Source: Nemertoderma westbladi
Taxonomy: Eukaryota; Animalia; Xenacoelomorpha
Direction of reading: 5' to 3'
Length of the DNA stretch: 64,000 bases
Assembly: GCA_032718475.1 (NCBI GenBank)
Contig: JAUCBJ010007457.1
Coordinates: 27,705-91,704, forward strand
The position numbers and the translations under genes are program-made. The notes beneath the pieces are model-generated. The model worked only from the letters and a program-made list of their open reading frames with translations, was not told the DNA's origin and searched no databases. Within the stretch, counting starts at the first letter, position 1; every line of letters begins with the position of its first letter. Below are positions 1 through 13,600 of the stretch, in pieces.

Positions 1-3000
1 AGTTCCATTATTACCCCTCAGTAAACCATTACTATCTATAACAATACTATTTCCTTCAGTGTCATTCAAAACTCCATTTGTATCAAAGAAAATGTTATCA
101 CCATTACTATCTTTAGTTATTTGTCCTGAAATCCCAATAAAATAGGATCCTGCATTTAAACTAAGATTATTATTATGTGCATCTTTTAAAGGAGAACCAC
201 GATCATTTATGATGCCATTCCTGTTGCATTGTAGTTTATGTCCTTCAGCATTATGCAGTCGGCCCTGAGAATCAATTATTACAGGCCGGCCATCAGAACT
301 CTTTAAACAATTGTTTTGCGAATTATATACCACACTTTCAAGAGTCTGCAGCCCTAAAGCAACAGCATTGCCATTAGGGTCTGTTAAAAGAGTCCCATCT
401 GGTTTCCTTAATTTACCATCTGGTGTCCTTTCCAAGGGCTCCCCATTTGAAGAGAATATCTGACCATCTTCTCTAACAACCACAGGTTTCCCATCTGAAC
501 CTACAACAGGATTACCATTACCATCAGTTAGTTCTTTAAAAGGAGAAACACCCGTTCTTGATTTTCTGCCCTTTGGATCAACTAACTTTACATCTGGTGC
601 TAATGTCATTGGATCACCCTTATTATTCTTGACATGCCCATCACCTCCAACAGTTACGGGTTTCCCATCAGGGCCTAAGATTGGTTTCCCATCACAGGAG
701 TACAATTTATTTCCACGACCAAGAGTTGCTGGTTTTCCATCAGGACCTAGAATAGGTTTCCCATTTTCATCTATAATTTCTCCTTTAGGATTTACTTTTA
801 GTGGTTTTCCATCTGAATCATATATTTGACCATTTGGAGCTAATGTCAATGGTCTGCCTTTCTCATCAACTAGTGGTTCTCCATTTGGATTGTAAAGCTG
901 AGTTCCAGGACCAAGTACAATAGGATTACCTTCTGCATCTAATACAGGACTTCCATCTGGATTCAACAACTTTCCATTAGGGTCTTTATTCAATTTATTT
1001 CCATTTGCATCGAATAAGTCTCCATTATCTCCAACAAGTATTGGATTTCCAGAATTATCTAAAATAGGGTTTTTATCTGAACCAATAAGAGGTTTCATAG
1101 TGTTTACTTTGGCAGGAGAGCCATCTGGATTAGTAATGGGATCACCGTTTGTATCAATCAATGTGCCATCTTTAGAAACTGCTACTGGTGATCCATCACT
1201 GTCAACAAGTTGTCCATTGTTATTCAATGATAATGGATGTCCTTTTTCATCAACAATTGGCTTGCCTTCAGGGCTATAAAGCAAGCTATCAGGACCTAAT
1301 GATATAGGCATACCTTCACTATCAACTAAGGGTTTACCATCTGGACCAAATAATTCACCATTCGAACCAATGCGTACTGGGTTACCATCAGCATCTTTTA
1401 ACTGACCATTTGGAGATAACATCAATGGTTTCCCATCAGGTCCAAGTATCGGTTCTCCATTTGAATTATATACCATGCTATCTGGTATTCCTGGGTCTAA
1501 AGCAACATCATTGCCATGAGGGTCTTTTAAAATGCTCCCATCTGGTTTCCTTAATTTACCATCTGGTGTCCTTTCCAAGGGCTCCCCATTTGAAGCGAAT
1601 ATCTGACCATCTTCTCTAACAACCACAGGTTTCCCATCCGAACCTACAACAGGATTGCCATTCTCATCAGTTAGTTCTTTAAAAGGAGAAACACCTGTTC
1701 TTGATTTTCTGCCCTTTGGATCAACTAACTTTCCATCTGGTGCTAATGTCATTGGATCACCCTTATTATTCTTTACACGCCCATCACCTCCAACAGTTAC
1801 AAGTTTCCCATCAGGGCCTAAGATTGGTTTCCCATCAGAGGAGTACAATTTATTTCCACGACCAAGAGTTGCTGGTTTTCCATCAGGACCTAGAATATGT
1901 TTCCCATTTTCATCGGTAATTTCTCCTTTAGGATTTACTTTTAGTGGTTTCCCATCTGAATCATATATTTGACCATTTGGAGCTAATGTCAATGGTCTGC
2001 CTTTCTCATCAACTAGTGGTTCTCCATTCGGATTGTAAAGCTGAGTTCCAGGACCAAGTACAATAGGATTACCTTCTGCATCTAATACAGGACTTCCATC
2101 TGGATTCAACAACTTTCCATTAGGGTCTTTATTCAATTTATTACCATTTGTATCGAATAAGTCTCCATTATCTCCAACAAGTATTGGATTTCCAGAGTTA
2201 TCTAAAATAGGGTTTTTATCCGAACCAATAAGAGGTTTCATAGTGTTTACTTTGGCAGGAGAGCCATCTGGATTAGTAATGGGATCACCGTTTGTATCAA
2301 TCAATGTGCCATCTTTAGAAACTGCTACTGGTGATCCATCACTGTCAACAAGTTGTCCATTGTTATTCAATGATATTGGATGTCCTTTTTCATCAACAAT
2401 TGGCTTGCCTTCAGGGCTATAAAGCAAGCTATCAGGACCTAATGATATAGGCATACCTTCACTATCAACTAAGGGTTTACCATCTGGACCAAATAATTCA
2501 CCATTGGAACCAATGCGTACTGGGTTACCATCAGCATCTTTTAACTGACCACTTGGAGATAACATCAATGGTTTCCCATCAGGTCCAAGTATCGGTTCTC
2601 CATTTGAATTATATACCATGCTATCTGGTATTCCTGGGTCTAAAGCAACATCATTGCCATGAGGGTCTTTTAAAATGCTCCCATCTGGTTTCCTTAATTT
2701 ACCATCTGGTGTCCTTTCCAAGGGCTCCCCATTTGAAGAGAATATCTGTCCATCTTCTCTAACAACCACAGGTTTCCCATCCGAACCTACAACAGGATTG
2801 CCATTCTCATCAGTTAGTTCTTTAAAAGGAGAAACACCTGTTCTTGATTTTCTGCCCTTTGGATCAACTAACTTTCCATCTGGTGCTAATGTCATTGGAT
2901 CACCCTTATTATTCTTGACATGCCCATCACCTCCAACAGTTATGGGTTTCCCATCAGGGCCTAAGATTGGTTTCCCATCACAGGAGTACAATTTATTTCC

Positions 3001-6000
3001 ACGACCAAGAGTTGCTGGTTTTCCATCAGGACCTAGAATATGTTTCCCATTTTCATCGATAATTTCTCCTTTAGGATTTACTTTTAGTGGTTTTCCATCT
3101 GAATCATATATTTGACCATTTGGAGCTAATGTCAATGGTCTGCCTTTCTCATCAACTAGTGGTTCTCCATTTGGATTGTAAAGCTGAGTTCCAGGACCAA
3201 GTACAATAGGATTACCTTCTGCATCTAATACAGGACTTCCATCTGGATTCAACAACTTTCCATTAGGGTCTTTATTCAATTTATTACCATTTGTATCAAA
3301 TAAGTCTCCATTATCTCCAACAAGTATTGGATTTCCAGAGTTATCTAAAATAGTGTTTTTATCCGAACCAATAAGAGGTTTCATAGTGTTTACTTTGGCA
3401 GGAGAGCCATCTGGATTAGTAATGGGATCACCGTTTGTATCAATCAATGTGCCATCTTTAGAAACTGCTACTGGTGATCCATCACTGTCAACAAGTTGTC
3501 CATTGTTATTCAATGATAATGGATGTCCTTTTTCATCAACAATTGGCTTACCATCAGGGCTATAAAGCAAGCTATCAGGACCTAATGATATAGGCATCCC
3601 TTCACTATCAACTAAGGGTTTACCATCTGGACCAAATAATTCACCATTGGAACCAATGCGTACTGGGTTACCATCAGCATCTTTTAACTGACCATTTGGA
3701 GATAACATCAATGGTTTCCCATCAGGTCCAAGTATCGGTTCTCCATTTGAATTATATACCATGCTATCTGGTATTCCTGGGTCTAAAGCAACATCATTGC
3801 CATGAGGGTCTTTTAAAATGCTCCCATCTGGTTTCCTTAATTTACCATCTGGTGTCCTTTCCAAGGGCTCCCCATTTGAAGAGAATATCTGACCATCTTC
3901 TCTAACAACCACAGGTTTCCCATCCGAACCTACAACAGGATTGCCATTCTCATCAGTTAGTTCTTTAAAAGGAGAAACACCTGTTCTTGATTTTCTGCCC
4001 TTTGGATCAACTAACTTTCCATCTGGTGCTAATGTCATTGGATCACCCTTATTATTCTTGACATGCCCATCACCTCCAACAGTTACGGGTTTCCCATCAG
4101 GGCCTAAGATTGGTTTCCCATCACAGGAGTACAATTTATTTCCACGACCAAGAGTTGCTGGTTTTCCATCAGGACCTAGAATAGGTTTCCCATTTTCATC
4201 GATAATTTCTCCTTTAGGATTTACTTTTAGCGGTTTCCCATCTGAATCATATATTTGACCGTTTGGAGCTAATGTCAATGGTCTGCCTTTCTCATCAACT
4301 AGTGGTTCTCCATTCGGATTGTAAAGCTGAGTTCCAGGACCAAGTACAATAGGATTACCTTCTGCATCTAATACAGGACTTCCATCTGGATTCAACAACT
4401 TTCCATTGGGGTCTTTATCAAGTTGATTTCCTTGAGAGTCACAAACAACCCCATCATCTGAAATAAATAGCGGTTTTCCATCTTGCCCAATGACGGGTGT
4501 ACCATTAGCATCAAGCAGAATAGCAGGTTTGTTTTCATTATCACTGTAAGGCACTGAAGAATCCATTCGTGGGTCATTAGAACTCAATGTTGCTGGCATT
4601 CCATCTGCTTGAGTCAGTCTCCTACCATCTGGGGTCATCAGCTCGCCATTTGGTGCCAAACTAATGTTTGAACCATCACTGTCCATTATTTGCCCATCCG
4701 GATTGATTGTTAGAACATCACCATTTGGGTTTTTAATAGGTTGACCATCGCTACCCAGTAAAGTATTGCCAGGTGGCAATTTTAATGGCTTTCCATCTTT
4801 TCCCAATATTGGTTTCCCATTGGACCCAATTATTTCCCCACCCGGCCCTATACTAACAGGTTTCATATCTGGTCCAATTATTTGACCATTGGGAGACATT
4901 ATTATGTTTTGACCCTTAGCATCAAGCAATGGTTGCCCATCTGGACCATAAACGTTTCTGCCTGGAATACTTTTCAAAGGAGCACCATTGGTTCCAGATG
5001 CTGCATTCCCATTATCATCTAAAATTAACCCAGTTTCTGGATCTCTCTTCAATATATTACCAGCTTCAGACATTAATGTTCCATCTTCCTTGAGAACTAT
5101 GGGTGAACCATCAGGTGCCAGGAGTGGCGTACCATCATCTGTGCATAATGTACCATCTGGTCGAACTGTAAGAGGTTTTCTATCAGGGCCATAGAGGGGC
5201 TGGCCTTGGTTGTCAAGTAGATTACCTTTTCTATCCTTACCAAAAGAGCCCTGTCTAGGTCTGCCTGGTTCAACTGGCTGTAAAATATCGCCGTTGCCAT
5301 TGACAATAGGTATTCCATCCGAATCGACTAGCTGACCATTAGGACCATGTTGTAGAGGTTCACCATCACCATCAAGAATTTCCCCATCTGGTGAAACTGA
5401 AAGTGGTTTACCATTTGATCCAATTAATGGAACTCCATCAGGCCCAAAGAGATGACAATCTTTACCAAGAATTAATGGGTCTCCCTCAGGGTTTAACAGA
5501 GGCGATCCATCTTCATACAGGAGTTCACCATCAGGCCCGATATGAATAGGTACTCCATTTGCATCATGCAGCTTACCATCTGATCCTATTGTAATGGGAT
5601 CAAAATTGCTATCAACAAGAGGAGAACCATCTGGACCAAACAAAGTATTTTGTGGTGACATTCCATGTGGAATACCTGATGGACCAGAAAGGGGTTGTCC
5701 ATCAGGTCCAACCAACTGCCCATTCCGCAATACATCCACAGGTGAACCATCACCTTGTTTAATCCGCCCATCTTTCCCAACACATAATGGTTGCCCATCA
5801 TTGCCATGTATCGGCTGTCCGTCAGGCCCATATATCCCACAATCTGGTCCCAAACTGATTGGCTTTCCATCTGGCCCCTTAATTGGCTTCCCAACATAGT
5901 CAGTAATCTCGCCATTTGGTCTGATCATTACTGGATGTCCATCTGGTCCTATAATTCTACCATCGGGAGTGATTGTTAATGGTTTACCATCGGGACCTAA

Positions 6001-6704
6001 TATCGGTTTACCATCTGGGCTGTAAAGTTTCGCCAATGGGGCAGTCGATAGAGGTTTCCCATTAACATCTAGTATTGGTTTACCATTTGCACCATATAAA
6101 TCACCTCCAGGACCAACATGTATTGGAGACCCATCTGAGTTGGTTAACTGTCCATCTGGATTTACTCTCAATGGGTTACCTGTAGAATCAACTAAAGGTT
6201 TCCCATCTGGTCCACTTAACCCACAATTAGGTCCAATACTAAGAGGGTGTCCATCTCTACCCACCAAAGGTTGTCCTTCATCATTCAGTAAAGCTCCAGA
6301 TGGGTCGACTTTAATTGGTTTACCATTGGCTTGTCGCAGTTGGCCATCTGGCCCTAATATGATTGGCTGTCCATTCTCATCTAGAAGGGGGTATCCATTA
6401 GGCCCGGTGACTACTCCAGTAGACCCTTGTTTGAGCGGGTCCCCCTCTGCATTGACCAACTGTTTCCCGGATGCATCAACCAGACCCCCATCAGGTCCAA
6501 CATACACTGGGTTCCCTTCATCATCTACAAGCCCTCCATCTGGGGCCTGCAGTATAAACTTCCCATCTGGTGTCTGTAATGGCTTCCCATCCTTCCCCAA
6601 TAGGGGATGGGTCCCAGGCCCCTTTCCCTTTGACCTAGCAGACTCCCTACGACTCATTTTCCTTAAAACAGACTCTTTTCGCTTTTTATCCACTTCAGAA
6701 GCAC
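1..6704 (-). CDS. Giant GPDG/DG/NG-repeat coding exon (at least 2,234 codons, open at the window edge); probably filamin exon 7
   Basis: Acceptor aattccatag at 6705, phase-compatible with the exon 6 donor. Reads GASEVDKKRKESVLRKMSRRESARSKGKGPGTHPLLGKDGKPLQTPDGK...GPDGKP... I saw no stop in this frame down to position 1. It is absent from the ORF track because the stop lies outside the window. The link to filamin is inferred from position, strand and phase. Confidence 0.85.
393..4418 (-). repeat. Coding tandem repeat, 1143-bp (381-aa) unit, about 3.5 near-identical copies
   Basis: Same sequence recurs at a 1143-bp offset, e.g. shadow ORFs at 1410, 2553 and 3696, and stops at 829, 1972, 3115 and 4258. 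Copies differ only by scattered substitutions with no frameshift. Confidence 0.95.
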
Positions 6705-7221
6705 CTATGGAATTCATATATTTATCAAGCACCAATGTATAAATAAGGTTATGGTATATCAAATTATTCTTAATATTAATAATCGTAGCTATGAGATGCA
6801 ATATCGACGACAATTAATCAAAATAATTACTTAAGATTTTTACTTACTTAATTTGACCTACTGAGTAATACTAGATGCAAGACATAATATTTGTGTACTA
6901 AGACATTATAACTATAGACTATAATAATTAAGATTATGAATAGTCAGACAAGGTTTCTATTATATTAGTTGTAATAATATCTGAGTAAACCGAATGTTTA
7001 AATTTATTATGTATATAATTTTAATATATCGACTAAACATTAACAAAATTAGGTTTTGCATAGTCTATGAGGGTCCTTGTCTCAGGGAAATCATTTTGAA
7101 ATGGAATTCAAAAATATAAATATATGATTGAATGACGTCTGACTTAGATATCATTAACAATAGAATTCTTGCGATCCTCTTGTAGAAACATGAATTATCC
7201 ATACCGAATAGGGCTACCTAC

Positions 7222-7422
7222 CTGGCGATATTCTAACAGAATATGGACTTTTTGGAATATTATCCCCGCCAAATGTAATCCCGATATTTCTAATACCAGA
7301 TGTTGTTGGTACGTAACGACATTCGTATATGTCTCCGTGGACTTTATTGAGTTTCATACGAGTTGTTTCAGATGAACCATCTTCATCAACAATATTCACT
7401 TCAACATGACCATTACCGGCAT
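7222..7422 (-). CDS. FLN: Filamin, coding exon 6 (second half of Ig repeat 2)
   Basis: Acceptor ttattcacag; DAGNGHVEVNIVDEDG...IYECRYVPTTSGIRNIGITFGGDNIPKSPYSVRISP fits the filamin repeat C-terminal pattern Y-x-P...F-G-G...I-P-x-S-P-Y; donor G|GTAGGT; 201 nt, phase 1-1. Confidence 0.92.
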
Positions 7423-7696
7423 CTGTGAATAATTAAACAAATTGAACCGAGTGAACCGAGCACCGAGCACCTCTACTTAGTAAAAAAAATACAAACGAGT
7501 CGTTAAATATTATTTAACCAATATTTTAGTAAACTATGTTACATTGTTAAAAATAGTAATCACTGGTAATAATACATGTTAAATTAATATTGGAATATGA
7601 CTGAATAAATTATTCTTTGTCCAAAAAATAACAATAAATATATCCCACAACCATTATCAGAGAGAATAGAATGTCACAAACGATGATATGATTGTA

Positions 7697-10600
7697 ACAA
7701 AATCAGCTACTCCCTCAACCAAAGTACCAGCTACACCCACAACCAAAGTACCAGCTACACCCACAACCAAAGTACCAGCTACACCCTCAACCAAAGTATC
7801 AGCTACACCATCAACCAAAGTACCTGCTACACTATCAACCAAAGTACCAGCTACACCGTCAACCAAAGTACCAGCTACACCCTCAACCAAAGTACCAGCT
7901 ACACCATCAACCAAAGTACCAGCTACACCCTCAACCAAAGTACCTGCTACACTATCAACCAAAGTACCAGCTACACCGTCAACCAAAGTACCAGCTACAC
8001 CCTCAACCAAAGTATCAGCTACACCATCAACCAAAGTACCTGCTACACTATCAACCAAAGTACCAGCTACACCGTCAACCAAAGTACCAGCTACACCCTC
8101 AACCAAAGTACCAGCTACACCATCAACCAAAGTACCAGCTACACCATCAACCAAAGTACCTGCTACACTATCAACCAAAGTACCAGCTACACCGTCAACC
8201 AAAGTACCAGCTACACCCTCAACCAAAGTACCAGCTACACCATCAACCAAAGTACCAGCTACACCATCAACCAAAGTACCTGCTACACTATCAACCAAAG
8301 TACCAGCTACACCGTCAACCAAAGTACCAGCTACACCCTCAACCAAAGTACCAGCTACACCCTCAACCAAAGTACCAGCTACACCCTCAACCAAAGTACC
8401 AGCTACACCCTCAACCAAAGTACCAGCTACACCCTCAACCAAAGTACCAGCTACACCCTCAACCAAAGTACCAGCTACACCCTCAACCAAAGTACCAGCT
8501 ACACCCTCAACCAAAGTATCAGCTACACCCTCAACCAAAGTACCAGCTACACCATCAACCAAAGTACCAGCTACACCCTCAACCAAAGTACCAGCTACAC
8601 CCTCAACCAAAGTACCAGCTACACCCTCAACCAAAGTACCAGCTACACCCTCAACCAAAGTACCAGCTACACCCTCAACCAAAGTACCAGCTACACTCTC
8701 AACCAAAGTACCAACTACACCCTCAACCAAAGTACCAGCTACACCTTTCAAACAAAGTGCCAGCTACACCATCAACCAAAGTACCAGCTACACCCTCAAC
8801 CAAAGTACCAGCTACACCCTCAACCAAAGTACCAGCTACACCCTCAACCAAAGTACCAGCTACACTCTCAATCAAAGTACCAACTACACCCTCAACCAAA
8901 GTACCAGCTACACACTCAAACAAAATACCAGCTACACCCTCAAACAAAATACCAGCTACACTCTCAACCAAAGTACCAGCTACACCCTCAACCAAAGTAC
9001 CTGCTACACCATCAACCAAAGTACGAGCTACACCATCAACCAAAGTACCAGCTACACCATCAACCAAAGTACCAGCTACACCATCAACCAAAGTACCAGC
9101 TACACCATCAACCAAAGTACCAGCTACACCATCAACCAAAGTACCAGCTACACCATCAACCAAAGTACCAGCTACACCCTCAACCAAAGTACCAGCTACA
9201 CCATCAACCAAAGTACCAGCTACACCATCAACCAAAGTACCAGCTACACCCTCAACCAAAGTACCAGCTACACCCTCAACCAAAGTACCAGCTACACCAT
9301 CAACCAAAGTACCAGCTACACCCTCAACCAAAGTACCAGCTACACCCTCAACCAAAGTACCAGCTACACCCTCAACCAAAGTACCAGCTACACTCTCAAT
9401 CAAAGTACCAACTACACCCTCAACCAAAGTACCAGCTACACACTCAAACAAAGTACCAGCTACACCATCAACCAAAGTACCAGCTACACCATCAACCAAA
9501 GTACCAGCTACACCCTCAACCAAAGTACCAGCTACACCCTCAACCAAAGTACCAGCTACACCATCAACCATAGTACCAGCTACACCATCAACCAAAGTAC
9601 CAGCTACACCCTCAACCAAAGTACCAGCTACACCCTCAAACAAAATACCAGCTACACTCTCAACCAAAGTACCAGCTACACCCTCAACCAAAGTACCTGC
9701 TACACCATCAACCAAAGTACCAGCTACACCATCAACCAAAGTACCAGCTACACCCTCAACCAAAGTACCAGCTACACCATCAACCAAAGTACCAGCTACA
9801 CCATCAACCAAAGTACCAGCTACACCCTCAACCAAAGTACCAGCTACACCATCAACCAAAGTACCAGCTACACCATCAACCAAAGTACCAGCTACACCCT
9901 CAACCAAAGTACCAGCTACACCCTCAACCAAAGTACCAGCTACACCATCAACCAAAGTACCAGCTACACCATCAACCAAAGTACCAGCTACACCATCAAC
10001 CAAAGTACCAGCTACACCCTCAACCAAAGTACCAGCTACACCCTCAACCAAAGTACCAGCTACACCCTCAACCAAAGTACCAGCTACACTCTCAATCAAA
10101 GTACCAACTACACCCTCAACCAAAGTACCAGCTACACACTCAAACAAAATACCAGCTACACCCTCAAACAAAATACCAGCTACACTCTCAACCAAAGTAC
10201 CAGCTACACCCTCAACCAAAGTACCAGCTACACCTTCAACCAAAGTACCAGCTACACCCTCAAACAAAATACCAGCTACACTCTCAACCAAAGTACCAGC
10301 TACACCCTCAACCAAAGTACCAGCTACACCCTCAACCAAAGTACCAGCTACACCCTCAACCAAAGTACCAGCTACACTCTCAATCAAAGTACCAACTACA
10401 CCCTCAACCAAAGTACCAGCTACACACTCAAACAAAATACCAGCTACACCCTCAAACAAAATACCAGCTACACTCTCAACCAAAGTACCAGCTACACCCT
10501 CAACCAAAGTACCTGCTACACCCCCAACCAAAGTACCAGCTACACTCTCAACCAAAGTACAAGCTACACCCCCAACCAAAGTACCAGCTACACCCTCAAC

Positions 10601-13600
10601 CAAAGTACCAGCTACACCCCCAACCAAAGTACAAGCTACACCCTCAACCAAAGTACCTGCTACACCATCAACCAAAGTACCTGCTACACCATCAACCAAA
10701 GTACCAGCTACACCATCAACCGAAGTATCAGCTACACCATCAACCAAAGTATCAGCTACTCCCTCAACCAAAGTACCAGCTACACCATCAACCAAAGTAC
10801 CAGCTACACCCTCAACCAAAGTACCAGCTACACCATCAAACAAAGTACCAGCTACACCCTCAACCAAAGTACCAGCTACACCCTCAACCAAAGTATCAGC
10901 TACACCCTCAACCAAAGTACCAGCTACACCCTCAACCAAAGTACCAGCTACACCGTCAACCAAAGTACCAGCTACACTCTCAACCAAAGTACCAGCTACA
11001 CCGTCAACCAAAGTACCAGCTACACTCTCAACCAAAGTACCAGCTACACCGTCAACCAAAGTACCAGCTACACTCTCAACCAAAGTACCAGCTACACTCT
11101 CAACCAAAGTACCTGCTACACCATCAACCAAAGTACCAGCTACACCATCAACCAAAGTACCAGCTACACCATCAACCAAAGTACCAGCTACACCGTCAAC
11201 CAAAGTACCAGCTACACTCTCAACCAAAGTACCAGCTACACCGTCAACCAAAGTACCAGCTACACTCTCAACCAAAGTACCAGCTACACTCTCAACCAAA
11301 GTACCTGCTACACCATCAACCAAAGTACCAGCTACACCATCAACCAAAGTACCAGCTACACTCTCAACCAAAGTACCAGCTACACCGTCAACCAAAGTAC
11401 CAGCTACACTCTCAACCAAAGTACCAGCTACACTCTCAACCAAAGTACCTGCTACACCATCAACCAAAGTACCAGCTACACCATCAACCAAAGTACCAGC
11501 TACACCATCAACCAAAGTACCTGCTACACCATCAACCAAAGTACCTGCTACACCATCAACCAAAGTACCAGCTACACCATCAACCAAAGTACCAGCTACA
11601 CCCCCAACCAAAGTACCAGCTACACCATCAAACAAAGTACCAGCTACACCCTCAACCAAAGTACCAGCTACACCCTCAACCAAAGTATCAGCTACACCCT
11701 CAACCAAAGTACCAGCTACACCCTCAACCAAAGTACCAGCTACACCCTCAACCAAAGTACCAGCTACACCCTCAACCAAAGTACCAGCTACACCATCAAC
11801 CAAAGTACCAGCTACACCATCAACCAAAGTACCAGCTACACCCTCAACCAAAGTATCAGCTACACCCCCAACCAAAGTACCAGCTACACCCTCAACCAAA
11901 GTACCAGCTACACCCTCAACCAAAGTATCAGCTACACCCTCAACCAAAGTACCAGCTACACCATCAACCAAAGTACCAGCTACACCATCAACCAAAGTAC
12001 CAGCTACACCATCAACCAAAGTACCAGCTACACCCCCAACCGAAGTACCAGCTACACCCTCAACCAAAGTACAAGTTACACCCCCAACCAAAGTACCAGC
12101 TACACCCTCAACCAAAGTACCAGCTACACCCCCAACCAAAGTACAAGCTACACCCTCAACCAAAGTACCAGCTACACCATCAACCAAAGTACCAGCTACA
12201 CCCTCAACCAAAGTACCAGCTACACCCTCAACCAAAGTACCAGCTACACCCTCAACCAAAGTACCAGCTACACCATCAACCATAGTACCAGCTACACCCT
12301 CAACCAAAGTACCAGCTACACCATCAACCATAGTACCAGCTACACCCTCAACCAAAGTACCTGCTACACCATCAACCAAAGTACGAGCTACACCATCAAC
12401 CAAAGTACCAGCTACACCATCAACCAAAGTACCAGCTACACCATCAACCAAAGTACCAGCTACACCATCAACCAAAGTACCAGCTACACCATCAACCAAA
12501 GTACCAGCTACACCATCAACCAAAGTACCAGCTACACCCTCAACCAAAGTACCAGCTACACCATCAACCAAAGTACCAGCTACACCATCAACCAAAGTAC
12601 CAGCTACACCCTCAACCAAAGTACCAGCTACACCCTCAACCAAAGTACCAGCTACACCATCAACCAAAGTACCAGCTACACCCTCAACCAAAGTACCAGC
12701 TACACCCTCAACCAAAGTACCAGCTACACCCTCAACCAAAGTACCAGCTACACTCTCAATCAAAGTACCAACTACACCCTCAACCAAAGTACCAGCTACA
12801 CACTCAAACAAAGTACCAGCTACACCATCAACCAAAGTACCAGCTACACCATCAACCAAAGTACCAGCTACACCCTCAACCAAAGTACCAGCTACACCCT
12901 CAACCAAAGTACCAGCTACACCATCAACCATAGTACCAGCTACACCATCAACCAAAGTACCAGCTACACCCTCAACCAAAGTACCAGCTACACCCTCAAA
13001 CAAAATACCAGCTACACTCTCAACCAAAGTACCAGCTACACCCTCAACCAAAGTACCTGCTACACCATCAACCAAAGTACCAGCTACACCATCAACCAAA
13101 GTACCAGCTACACCCTCAACCAAAGTACCAGCTACACCATCAACCAAAGTACCAGCTACACCATCAACCAAAGTACCAGCTACACCCTCAACCAAAGTAC
13201 CAGCTACACCATCAACCAAAGTACCAGCTACACCATCAACCAAAGTACCAGCTACACCCTCAACCAAAGTACCAGCTACACCCTCAACCAAAGTACCAGC
13301 TACACCATCAACCAAAGTACCAGCTACACCATCAACCAAAGTACCAGCTACACCATCAACCAAAGTACCAGCTACACCCTCAACCAAAGTACCAGCTACA
13401 CCCTCAACCAAAGTACCAGCTACACCCTCAACCAAAGTACCAGCTACACTCTCAATCAAAGTACCAACTACACCCTCAACCAAAGTACCAGCTACACACT
13501 CAAACAAAATACCAGCTACACCCTCAAACAAAATACCAGCTACACTCTCAACCAAAGTACCAGCTACACCCTCAACCAAAGTACCAGCTACACCTTCAAC

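Noticed and set aside
629-6742. Plus-strand ORFs and short minus-strand ORFs listed in the track
   Set aside because: Antisense or off-frame shadows of the long minus-strand GPDG reading frame.
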